A stretch of DNA of 32,667 nucleotides. Source: a virus. Position numbers and translations under genes: made by a program. Of this stretch, positions 25,255 through 32,667 are shown one piece after another. Under the pieces are notes generated by a model. That model did no database searches and had not been told where the DNA came from. It was given only the letters and a program-made list of their open reading frames with translations. Numbering within the stretch: position 1 is the stretch's first letter; every line of letters starts with the position of its first letter. The DNA is taken from the UHGV virus genome UHGV-0112844; one strand, 5' to 3'.

Positions 25255-26108
25255 GCACTATCCTGAAATGGGCGGGAAATAAAACCGCCATCATGCCGGA
25301 ACTGATTAAGCACCTTCCTGCTGGCCCGCGACTGGTTGAACCTTTCGCGGGTTCATGCGCTGTAATGATGGCGACAGACTATCCTCATTATCTTGTCGCG
25401 GATATTAATCCCGATCTTATCAATCTCTATAAAAAAATTGCCCTTGATTGTGAAGCTTTCATATCACGCGCAAAAAATATTTTTGCGATTGCGAATAGAG
25501 AAGTGGCTTATTACAACATTAGGCATGAATTTAATCATTCCTCTGAAATTACTGATTTCATGAAAGCAGTATATTTCCTTTATCTGAATCGTCATGGTTA
25601 TCGTGGGCTGTGCCGCTATAACTTGAGCGGTCATTTTAATGTCCCTTACGGTAATTATAAAAATCCGTATTTTCCTGAAAATGAGATACGCGCTTTTGCA
25701 GAAAAGGCTCAAAGCGCAACGTTTATCTGTGCCAGCTATGACGAAACACTGGCGCTGCTGCGGACGGGTGATGTTGTTTATTGTGACCCACCATACGATG
25801 GCACGTTTACCGCTTATCACACTGCCGGTTTTACGGAGGACGATCAGTATCATCTGGCGTCTATTCTTGAACGCCGGTCATCAGAAGGTCACCCGGTTAT
25901 CGTGTCCAACAGCGACACGTCCCTGACCCGTTCGCTTTATCGTAATTTTACCCGCCATCGCATCACTGCAAAGCGCAGCATGGGCGTGGCTGCCGGTGAT
26001 AGTAAGTCCGCAGCGGAAATAATCGCCGTTTCAGGAGCAACACGCTTTAACCGGGTTTATTCCACACACGGGGATGTGTGCTCGGTTATTTTAGAGGTGC
26101 GGGCGTGA
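25251..26108 (+). CDS. dam: Dam-like N6-adenine DNA methyltransferase (MethyltransfD12 family)
   Basis: KWAGNK…EPFAGSCAV…[10 protein letters not shown]…VYCDPPY motifs. The ATG at 25251 overlaps the previous stop (ATGA). The track ORF 25137.. is an in-frame upstream extension. The centre of the gene is AT-rich. Confidence 0.85.
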   Translation: MSTILKWAGNKTAIMPELIKHLPAGPRLVEPFAGSCAVMMATDYPHYLVADINPDLINLYKKIALDCEAFISRAKNIFAIANREVAYYNIRHEFNHSSEITDFMKAVYFLYLNRHGYRGLCRYNLSGHFNVPYGNYKNPYFPENEIRAFAEKAQSATFICASYDETLALLRTGDVVYCDPPYDGTFTAYHTAGFTEDDQYHLASILERRSSEGHPVIVSNSDTSLTRSLYRNFTRHRITAKRSMGVAAGDSKSAAEIIAVSGATRFNRVYSTHGDVCSVILEVRA

Positions 26109-28513
26109 CGGTAGGCAAGTTCGCGTCCCACAATGTAGCAACCACCGGCGGCTCGAATGAGGCCGCCGTGGCCTTTCCATGGAATAACCCAAAAAAAGCG
26201 GTTAATCCATATCTGGACCCGGCGGAAGTTGCGCCGGAGTCTGCGCTTTCAAACCTGATCGCTCTTTACGCTGCGGATAACGAGCAGGAGCAGTTGCGCC
26301 GTGAAGCGCTGAGTGATGAGGTATGGGAACGATATTTCTTCAATGAGTCCCGCGATCCTGTCCAGCGCGAAATGGAGCAGGACCGGCTGATTAGTCGTGC
26401 CAAAATGGCGCGCGAGCAGCAGCGTTTTAATCCTGATCTGGTCATTCTGGCTGACGTTAACGCCATGCCGCCCCACATCAGCAAGCCTTTGCTGGAACGG
26501 ATTAAATATTTCCATAGCCTGGGCAGGGCAAAGGCTTATTCCCGCTACCTGCGCGAAACAATCAGGCCGTGTCTTGAGCGGCTGGAGAGCGTGCGTGACA
26601 GTCAGGTGTCTGCGTCTTTCCGGTTCATGGCGAGCCATGACGGGCTGGAGGGGCTGCTGGTACTGCCAGAAATGAATCAGGATCAGGTCAAGCGCCTTTC
26701 CACGCTGGTTGCGGCACATATGAGCATGTGTCTTGATGCGGCCTGCGGTGATCTGTTTGTCAGTGACGATGTTAAACCAGAAGAAATCCGCCAGGCATGG
26801 GAAAGGGTTGCTGCAGAAGCCATGCGCCTTGAGGTCATCCCGCCAGCGTTTGAACGGTTACGCCGCAAAAAGCGCCGCCGCAAGCCGGTGCCTTATGAAC
26901 TGATCCCACCATCGCTGGCGCGTATGCTGTGCGCGGACTGGTGGTATCGCAAACTGTGGCAGATGCGCTGCGAGTGGCGGGAGGAACATCTGCGCGCCGT
27001 CTGCCTGGTCAACAAAAAAGCGTCCCCGTATGTCAGCTATGAAGCCGTGATCCACAAACGCGAGCAGCGCCGCAAATCGCTGGAGTTCTTCCGCTCGCAT
27101 GAGCTGGTCAACGAAGACGGCGACACGCTGGACATGGAAGACGTGGTGAACGCCAGCAACAGCAACCCGGCACACCGCCGTAATGAAATGATGGCCTGTG
27201 TTAAGGGACTGGAGCTGATCGCGGAAATGCGCGGAGACTGCGCAGTGTTTTATACCATCACCTGCCCGTCACGCTTCCACGCAACCCTCAACAACGGCAG
27301 ACCTAATCCGAAGTGGACCAGTGCCACTGTCCGGCAGAGCAGTGACTACCTGGTTGATACGTTCGCCGCTTTCCGCAAGGCAATGCACAAGGCCGGGCTG
27401 CGCTGGTATGGCGTCCGTGTGGCAGAGCCGCACCATGACGGCACCGTGCACTGGCATCTTCTGTGCTTCATGCGCAAAAAAGACCGCCGTTCCATCACCG
27501 CGCTGCTGCGTAAGTTTGCCATCCGTGAAGACCGCGAGGAGCTGGGCACCAATACCGGGCCGCGCTTCAAGTCCGAGCTTATCAACCCGCGCAAGGGTAC
27601 GCCGACCAGCTATATCGCCAAATACATCAGCAAGAACATCGACGGGCGCGGGCTGGCTAAAGAAATTAGCAAAGAAACAGGCAGATCACTGCGTGACAGC
27701 GCCGAGCATGTCAGCGCCTGGGCGTCACTGCACCGTGTCCAGCAATTTCGCTTCTTTGGCATTCCGGGGCGTCAGGCATACCGCGAGCTGCGCTTGCTGG
27801 CTGGTCAGGCTGCGAGAGTGCAGGGCGAACGCAAAGCGGGTGAGCCGGTACTGGATAATCCGCGTCTGGATGCGGTGCTGGCGGCGGCTGATGCGGGCTG
27901 CTTTGCCACCTACATCATGAAGCAGGGCGGTGTGCTGGTTCCCCGCAAACATCACCTTGTCCGCACGGCATATGAGCTTAACGACGAGCCGAGCGCCTAC
28001 GGCGATCACGGTATCCGTATCTATGGCATCTGGTCCCCGATTGCGGAGGGCAAGATTTGCACGCACGCGGTGAAGTGGAAAAAGGTTCGTAAGGCCGTTG
28101 ACGTTCAGGAGGCGGCAGCCGACCAGGGCGCTTGCGCCCCTTGGACTCGTGGCAATAACTGTCCCCCTGTTGAAAATCTGAACAAATCAGGGGGTGATTT
28201 ACCCGATATTAAAACCATGGATGAGAAGGAGTTGCAGGAATATCTCCACAACATGGGTCAGAAGGAACGGCGGGAGCTGACAGCCAGGTTAAGGCTGGTA
28301 AAACCGAAGCGGAAAAAAGCATACAAACAGAATATTTCGGATCAGCAGCGCCTGCAGCTTGAGGCAGAGCTGAGTTCAAGAGGGTTCGATGGTAGCGAGT
28401 CAGAGATTGACCTGCTTCTGCGCGGCGGCAGTATTCCGTCAGGTGGCGGGCTGCGTATTTTTTACCGCAACTACCGCCTGCAGGAAGATGACAAATGGCG
28501 TCAGTGGTACTGA
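26105..28513 (+). CDS. A: replication initiation protein gpA (rolling-circle initiator)
   Basis: Conserved …[25 protein letters not shown]…[12 protein letters not shown]…AWAS…FRFFGIP…AYRELR block. The GTG at 26105 follows a GAGG RBS and overlaps the dam stop. The ATG at 26078 is the alternative start. Confidence 0.85.
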   Translation: MTVGKFASHNVATTGGSNEAAVAFPWNNPKKAVNPYLDPAEVAPESALSNLIALYAADNEQEQLRREALSDEVWERYFFNESRDPVQREMEQDRLISRAKMAREQQRFNPDLVILADVNAMPPHISKPLLERIKYFHSLGRAKAYSRYLRETIRPCLERLESVRDSQVSASFRFMASHDGLEGLLVLPEMNQDQVKRLSTLVAAHMSMCLDAACGDLFVSDDVKPEEIRQAWERVAAEAMRLEVIPPAFERLRRKKRRRKPVPYELIPPSLARMLCADWWYRKLWQMRCEWREEHLRAVCLVNKKASPYVSYEAVIHKREQRRKSLEFFRSHELVNEDGDTLDMEDVVNASNSNPAHRRNEMMACVKGLELIAEMRGDCAVFYTITCPSRFHATLNNGRPNPKWTSATVRQSSDYLVDTFAAFRKAMHKAGLRWYGVRVAEPHHDGTVHWHLLCFMRKKDRRSITALLRKFAIREDREELGTNTGPRFKSELINPRKGTPTSYIAKYISKNIDGRGLAKEISKETGRSLRDSAEHVSAWASLHRVQQFRFFGIPGRQAYRELRLLAGQAARVQGERKAGEPVLDNPRLDAVLAAADAGCFATYIMKQGGVLVPRKHHLVRTAYELNDEPSAYGDHGIRIYGIWSPIAEGKICTHAVKWKKVRKAVDVQEAAADQGACAPWTRGNNCPPVENLNKSGGDLPDIKTMDEKELQEYLHNMGQKERRELTARLRLVKPKRKKAYKQNISDQQRLQLEAELSSRGFDGSESEIDLLLRGGSIPSGGGLRIFYRNYRLQEDDKWRQWY

Positions 28514-28584
28514 TGCCAAGGATTTAACAATTCTTGCTCTTATTGATCCGCATCAGAGCGATCTAATTGACAGATAAAAAACGG

Positions 28585-28626
28585 TTTACATTCGCAAATT
28601 CCTACTATACTGTAATTATAAACAGT
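28585..28626 (+). promoter_or_regulatory. sigma70-like promoter (TTTACA-N-TATACTgt) overlapped by a LexA box CTGT-N8-ACAG
   Basis: tACTGTaattataaACAGt at 28609..28626 overlaps the -10 element. This is the equivalent position of the 186 p95/tum promoter. Confidence 0.65.
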
Positions 28627-28674
28627 GGATATATATACAGTATTTGTATGTCCGTGGTAGTGATAGGAGGGAAA

Positions 28675-28863
28675 ATGCAGGATTATCTTTTGGAGTCGTT
28701 GAAGCTCCAGCGCATTGATTTTTTTATCAAGCTTGTAGCGGCTAGTGAGTGCAGCGACGAAGAAAAGCGACTGGCTATCCAGTGGGTGTCCGAACTGACC
28801 GACGAGTTGATGGCGAAAATCCGCAGCCATGAATACTGCCGGTCAATGGATGTAACCAGTTAA
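28675..28863 (+). CDS. putative SOS-induced antirepressor, N-terminal (Tum-like) module
   Basis: 62 aa. An aggagg RBS lies 6 nt upstream. It is the first gene downstream of the LexA-controlled promoter. Confidence 0.5.
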   Translation: MQDYLLESLKLQRIDFFIKLVAASECSDEEKRLAIQWVSELTDELMAKIRSHEYCRSMDVTS

Positions 28864-28874
28864 GGGGAATCTGT

Positions 28875-29108
28875 ATGCGCATTGAAATAATGATCGATAA
28901 AGAGCAGAAGATTAGCCAGGCTACACTGGACGCCCTTGAATCCGAGCTTTACCGTAATTTGCGCCCTCTGTATCCCAAAACAGCAATTCGTATCCGTAAG
29001 GGCAGCGCCAACGGCGTTGAGCTGAGCGGGTTAAAACTGGATGAAGACAAAAAGCGAGTGATGGAAATAATGCAGCAGGTCTGGGAGGATGACAGCTGGT
29101 TACACTAG
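28875..29108 (+). CDS. DinI-family protein
   Basis: MRIEIMIDKEQKISQATLDALESELYRNL…MEIMQQVWEDDSW aligns with E. coli DinI (MRIEVTIAK…LQETWES). Confidence 0.75.
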   Translation: MRIEIMIDKEQKISQATLDALESELYRNLRPLYPKTAIRIRKGSANGVELSGLKLDEDKKRVMEIMQQVWEDDSWLH

Positions 29109-29240
29109 CGAACGTTGCGGACGATAAAACTGGTTTTTACCGTCCGCAAGGTTGAACAACGAGCCACGCGAGGCGTTAGTGCTGTTGTGCACGTCTATGC
29201 CGCATGAAATCGCATGATCGTTTGAGGATCGTTTTTGCTC

Positions 29241-29266
29241 AGGCCCGCCAGAACTGGCGGGCTTTT
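29241..29266 (+). terminator. rho-independent terminator of tum/dinI operon
   Basis: GGCCCGCCAGaaCTGGCGGGC followed by TTTT. Confidence 0.7.
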
Positions 29267-29310
29267 GCTTATGTCATGCAGGTGCATGAAAACCACTACA
29301 CAAAGCGGGC

Positions 29311-29329
29311 AGGCGTGGCGGGGCTACGA
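29311..29329. other. candidate cos cohesive-end sequence
   Basis: GGCGTGGCGGGGCTACGAG. The first 12 nt resemble the P2/186 cos ends as recalled (GGCG(A/T)GGCGGGGAAAGCA…). It lies just beyond the 3' end of Q, as in P2. Flanking repeats (CGCGGTTTTGG x2, GAGGCGCTG x3) could be terminase-binding elements. Confidence 0.4.
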
Positions 29330-29523
29330 GCGCGCGGTTTTGGGGTTAATCGCGGTTTTGGCGCCTCAATGTTGGGTGGGCATGGTCATTTTTTGGGGCT
29401 GGTCGTGCGCGCCTGCGTCGTCGTGAGGCGCTGCGTTTAATTGTGAGGCGTTATGTGAGTGAAGGGCAAGAGCGCGCAGCGAGGCGCTGAGGCGCTCTGA
29501 TGGTGGGGCAGGGCGTAAGGGAA

Positions 29524-29551
29524 TAAAAAAACCGCCCGGAGAAGGGCGGTT
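29524..29551 (-). terminator. rho-independent terminator of the Q/P operon
   Basis: AACCGCCCggagaaGGGCGGTT with A7 upstream on the plus strand, which is a T-run after the hairpin on the minus strand. Confidence 0.7.
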
Positions 29552-29577
29552 GATATCAAAGGCTGACCAGCTGCGCG

Positions 29578-30627
29578 TCAGTCTTCATCGGTCAGGTATG
29601 GGTTAAAGCGTATCACTTCATCACCCAGCCACTCGTTAACTTCTGTGATGCGGCCCTGCAGGGGGGTAAGTTCGTTGCGAACGAAAACGCGCGCCGCTTT
29701 TTCAACATCACCGAACCCGCCGGTATTCGTTGGAATAATCCCCATCAGCTGCGGCGGCACGCGGTGAGCTGCCAGCATGTCATCACGGCTCACATTCTTG
29801 ATGTTAAGAAACTCATCTTTCGCTGCGACTTCTGACAGCGGGATGATCTGAATGCCGTCTTTCTTGCCGTTCGGGCTGTACATAAACAGGTTGCGGAAGT
29901 TGCCTGGCCCTTTCGATTTTTTAAGTGCTTCGCGTATGTTGTCCACGTCTTTCTGATCGGCGGCGGGGTCGCTCATGTACATGATGAAACCAGCATGGCT
30001 ACCGTTGAGGTAATACTTACGGCGAAATAGCGTGGCCGATTCATTCAGTAGTGCGGAAGGAATGGCAGAGAGGTATTCCGGCATTCCGTATAGCTCCTGG
30101 TTAACGTCAGGTTCCATCAGATGAAACACGCTTCCCTCATCGAACTGATAGGGCTGTGAGTTGTGACCATACTGTGCAAACCAGTAGGTGTCCTGATCAA
30201 TGCCGCGGCGAGTGTATTTGGCAAGCGAGGCGCGCAGCTCCAAGATCTGGCCTAACCGGTTCAAGCGTTTTTCAAGATACGCGTTACCAAATACCAGAAA
30301 GTCCTGGGCGAACCGGGAAAAGGCTTGTTTAGACAGCCAGCGGTGAGGGATGAAGGTACTGGTAAGAATATTGCGTTTTACCTGAATGGCGCTGGAGTGA
30401 TGTACGGCAGCGCGGTAAGTTCGCGCCAGGCCATCCATGCTGATCGGGGGTTCGTACCAGCGGTCCACCTGCACGCACTCCAGGTAATCAAATAATTCCC
30501 GGCGGTCCATAACGGGGATCGGATCGCCAAACGTAAACGCCTCCGCATGTGCATTGCTGACCATGTTGGCCGTATCGGCGGCGGTCTTGCCGCGCGGTGC
30601 CTTGCTGCGGTTTTTGCGGTTAGCCAT
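29578..30627 (-). CDS. Q: portal protein gpQ
   Basis: 349 aa at the synteny position next to cos. It is followed upstream by the terminase ATPase gene. Confidence 0.9.
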   Translation of the reverse strand: MANRKNRSKAPRGKTAADTANMVSNAHAEAFTFGDPIPVMDRRELFDYLECVQVDRWYEPPISMDGLARTYRAAVHHSSAIQVKRNILTSTFIPHRWLSKQAFSRFAQDFLVFGNAYLEKRLNRLGQILELRASLAKYTRRGIDQDTYWFAQYGHNSQPYQFDEGSVFHLMEPDVNQELYGMPEYLSAIPSALLNESATLFRRKYYLNGSHAGFIMYMSDPAADQKDVDNIREALKKSKGPGNFRNLFMYSPNGKKDGIQIIPLSEVAAKDEFLNIKNVSRDDMLAAHRVPPQLMGIIPTNTGGFGDVEKAARVFVRNELTPLQGRITEVNEWLGDEVIRFNPYLTDED

Positions 30628-32390
30628 TAAAAAATCTCCACGATGTTGCTGGTACTGGCGGAAGCTCCTGCCAGTGGTTCGTTATAAAGTGCGTGCATGG
30701 TTGCCCAGGCTAAATCCGCGTGGCTGGCTTCCTCTGTGCGGGATGCTTCGTAGGTTGGCCGGTTGCCGCTGGCGGTGGTTGAACGGCGAATGGACATAAA
30801 GGACTGCGCGATATCCAGCATCCCCGCGTCAAACTCCAGACGGCGCCCGCTGATGATGTCGTAGGCTTTAAGCACCAGGGCATTTTTAACAGTCGGGTTG
30901 TAGACAAACTCACGCGCGGCTGGGAAGAACTGCTTAACCGTTTTGTAAACACCATCGCCAACGCCGGTCGAGTCAATGCCGATGTAGGTCACGTTGTAGC
31001 GTCTGGTGATTTCCTCAATCGCTGAGGCCTGGGCGCGAAAGTCCATCCCGCGCCACTGGTGACGCTCAAGGATGCGGAATTTACCGCCGGGGACGACGGG
31101 AGGCGCAATGACCACGCAACCGGCGCTGTCACCGTTCTGCGTTCCTTTTGCCGGGTCATAGCCAATCCAGACAGGGTGGTATGCAAACGGACGCAGTAAA
31201 AGCGGTTCGAAATCGTCCCACACGTCCCAGCTGTCAACCATGCAGGACTGCAGCAACGCCAGCGGGAACACGGACGCCAGATCGTCAACAAACTGACACA
31301 TCAGCAGGTTGTTGTATTCGTCCGGGCTGTACTCCAGGCGCAGCTGGTCCAGGTCGAAAAGGTTACACCCGCCGTTTACGGCATCTTCAATAGTGACTAT
31401 CTGGCGGTACTGGCCGTCAGGGCATAAAACGCCGTGCGCCAGGCTACTGTGAGAAAGGTCAAATTCCACCCTGTCGGCTTTCGGGCGCCCTTTATTGAAC
31501 AGGGCGCCAGACCAGAACGGGTAGGCGCTGTGCGTCAGGCTGGAAGGGGTAGAGAAATAGGTCTGACGCCATTTTTTGTGCAGCGCCATACCGGAGGCCA
31601 CCTTGCGCAGCTCCTGGAATTTCGGTATCCAGAAATACTCATCAAGATACAGATTGCCGTGATAGCTCTGCGCGGTACGGGCATTTGTACCGAGGAAGTA
31701 AAGACAGGCACCGTTAGGCAGCACCATCGGATCGCCTTTCAGCTCAACGTCCACCTCTTTTGCAAAGTCGATGATGTACTGTTTAAAAACGTGCGCCTGA
31801 GCTTTACTCGCTGACAGAAAGATTTGATTTCGCCCCGTGGTGAGCGCGTCTATCAACGCTTCACGGGCGAAATAGTAGGTTGCACCGATCTGGCGTGACT
31901 TTAAGAGGTTGCGGATACGGTGCTTGATGCCAGCGTCCCACCAGTGGCGCTGGTACTCGAACATACCGGCGCGGAAAATCTCTTCCAGCTTTTCGATCTG
32001 CTCGTCGGTAAACAGGTTTTTTTCCGGCGGCTTGCGCGGACCTTTATTGCGGTTCGCCACGTTCGGATTCAGGTCTGCTTCATTCCCGCCATTGTTAAAT
32101 TTGCCGATTCTGGCCTGTCGTTCGGACTGACGCGCCAGCAGGTCAATTTCTTTAAAATCCTTTCCTTCCTTCTGCTCCTTCATGACGAGCTGGCAGTAAC
32201 GTGCGGCGGTGGTGAGCTGCATCTGATCCAGTGGGCCATATTCGCCCCACTTATCGCGTTTTTTCCAGCTGTGAACGGTTGCAACTTTCTCGCCCAGCAT
32301 TTCAGCAATGCGGGCTACGCGGTATCCCTGAAAGTACATCAGCATTGCCTGACGACGGGGATCGAGGTCTGCGGGGGTCAGTGTTGTCAT
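30627..32390 (-). CDS. P: terminase large (ATPase) subunit gpP
   Basis: 587 aa from the ATG at 32390 (MTTLTPADLDP…). The track ORF extends 35 codons upstream. Contains a Walker-type segment. Confidence 0.88.
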   Translation of the reverse strand: MTTLTPADLDPRRQAMLMYFQGYRVARIAEMLGEKVATVHSWKKRDKWGEYGPLDQMQLTTAARYCQLVMKEQKEGKDFKEIDLLARQSERQARIGKFNNGGNEADLNPNVANRNKGPRKPPEKNLFTDEQIEKLEEIFRAGMFEYQRHWWDAGIKHRIRNLLKSRQIGATYYFAREALIDALTTGRNQIFLSASKAQAHVFKQYIIDFAKEVDVELKGDPMVLPNGACLYFLGTNARTAQSYHGNLYLDEYFWIPKFQELRKVASGMALHKKWRQTYFSTPSSLTHSAYPFWSGALFNKGRPKADRVEFDLSHSSLAHGVLCPDGQYRQIVTIEDAVNGGCNLFDLDQLRLEYSPDEYNNLLMCQFVDDLASVFPLALLQSCMVDSWDVWDDFEPLLLRPFAYHPVWIGYDPAKGTQNGDSAGCVVIAPPVVPGGKFRILERHQWRGMDFRAQASAIEEITRRYNVTYIGIDSTGVGDGVYKTVKQFFPAAREFVYNPTVKNALVLKAYDIISGRRLEFDAGMLDIAQSFMSIRRSTTASGNRPTYEASRTEEASHADLAWATMHALYNEPLAGASASTSNIVEIF

Positions 32391-32435
32391 GGCACAAACA
32401 TACGGCCTCAAATCAGCACTTTCCCCGGCTTCGCA

Positions 32436-32453
32436 TTGTGTGGGAGTTCGCAC
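32436..32453. promoter_or_regulatory. Ogr-type box TGT-N12-ACA in the divergent P/O late promoter region
   Basis: TGTgtgggagttcgcACA lies between the P start (32390, minus) and the O start (32541, plus). Confidence 0.55.
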
Positions 32454-32540
32454 AAGCCCAACGCGTTGTTTACACGCGCCCATCACCGCAAACATAAGGC
32501 TCTGAACGTGTTACGAACTAACTAACCGGAGCCGGACCGA

Positions 32541-32667
32541 TGGCAAAAAAATCTAAGCGTTTTCGTATTGGGGTCGAAGGGGCCACTACTGACGGGCGCG
32601 TTATTGAGCGTGAATGGCTCACCCAGATGGCAGCGAGCTATAACCCGCAGGTATACACCGCGCTGAT
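32541..32667 (+). CDS. O: capsid scaffolding protein gpO, N-terminal 42 codons (continues at position 1)
   Basis: MAKKSKRFRIGVEGATTDGRVI… resembles the P2 gpO N-terminus. It runs off the window end in frame with 2..700. Confidence 0.85.

Noticed and set aside
26078-26104. ATG at 26078 as start of gene A
   Set aside because: It has no RBS. The GTG at 26105 has a GAGG RBS at the right spacing and overlaps the dam stop in the usual coupled arrangement. This is kept as an alternative only.
29204-29440. ORFs 29204..29440 and 29235..29426 in the cos region
   Set aside because: They have GC-rich repetitive sequence, no RBS and overlap each other. The region is better explained as the non-coding cos/terminase-binding region.
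31909-32525. Plus-strand ORFs (73-201 aa) antisense to terminase P
   Set aside because: They are embedded in a strongly supported minus-strand gene and have no independent coding signal.

Overview
The window is a complete, circularly permuted genome of a P2/186-family temperate phage (Peduoviridae-like, enterobacterial, ~32.7 kb). The last codon of the window runs in-frame into position 1, inside the capsid scaffold gene O, so the sequence is a closed circle opened arbitrarily within O.

Gene order matches P2/186 synteny. In circular order from the cos site (29311..29329): Q and P on the minus strand, then O-N-M-L-X, a lysis cassette (holin, SAR-type endolysin, LysB/LysC spanins), R-S-V-W-J-I-H-G, FI-FII-E/E'-T-U-D-ogr, and attP. 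attP carries the 3' 47 nt of a tRNA-Ile(CAU)-like gene. The early region follows: int, a 186-type lysogeny switch (CI-like repressor, Apl/Cox, CII), small early ORFs, a TraR/DksA zinc finger, a Dam-like MTase and the rolling-circle initiator A. It ends with a LexA-box-controlled tum/DinI-like antirepressor module.

Four things are not standard P2/186 equipment:
(1) A multi-site tail-fibre inversion system. One crossover site sits inside gene H. Four inverted copies each head a silent alternative fibre C-terminal cassette, and a Gin/Hin-family serine invertase lies downstream. Only the resident cassette has a gpG chaperone, and one silent cassette carries a frameshift.
(2) An orphan beta-class N6A/N4C DNA methyltransferase in the Z/fun hotspot, immediately upstream of the FI late promoter.
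(3) A low-GC, lysogen-expressed moron between cI and int. It encodes a 299-aa protein with TerB-like repeats plus a C-terminal BRCT-like domain, and its start is translationally coupled to cI.
(4) A second, Dam-like MTase in the early operon.

Ogr-type TGT-N12-ACA boxes precede the P/O, V and FI late operons. A classic TTTTTTG -1 frameshift site generates E'.
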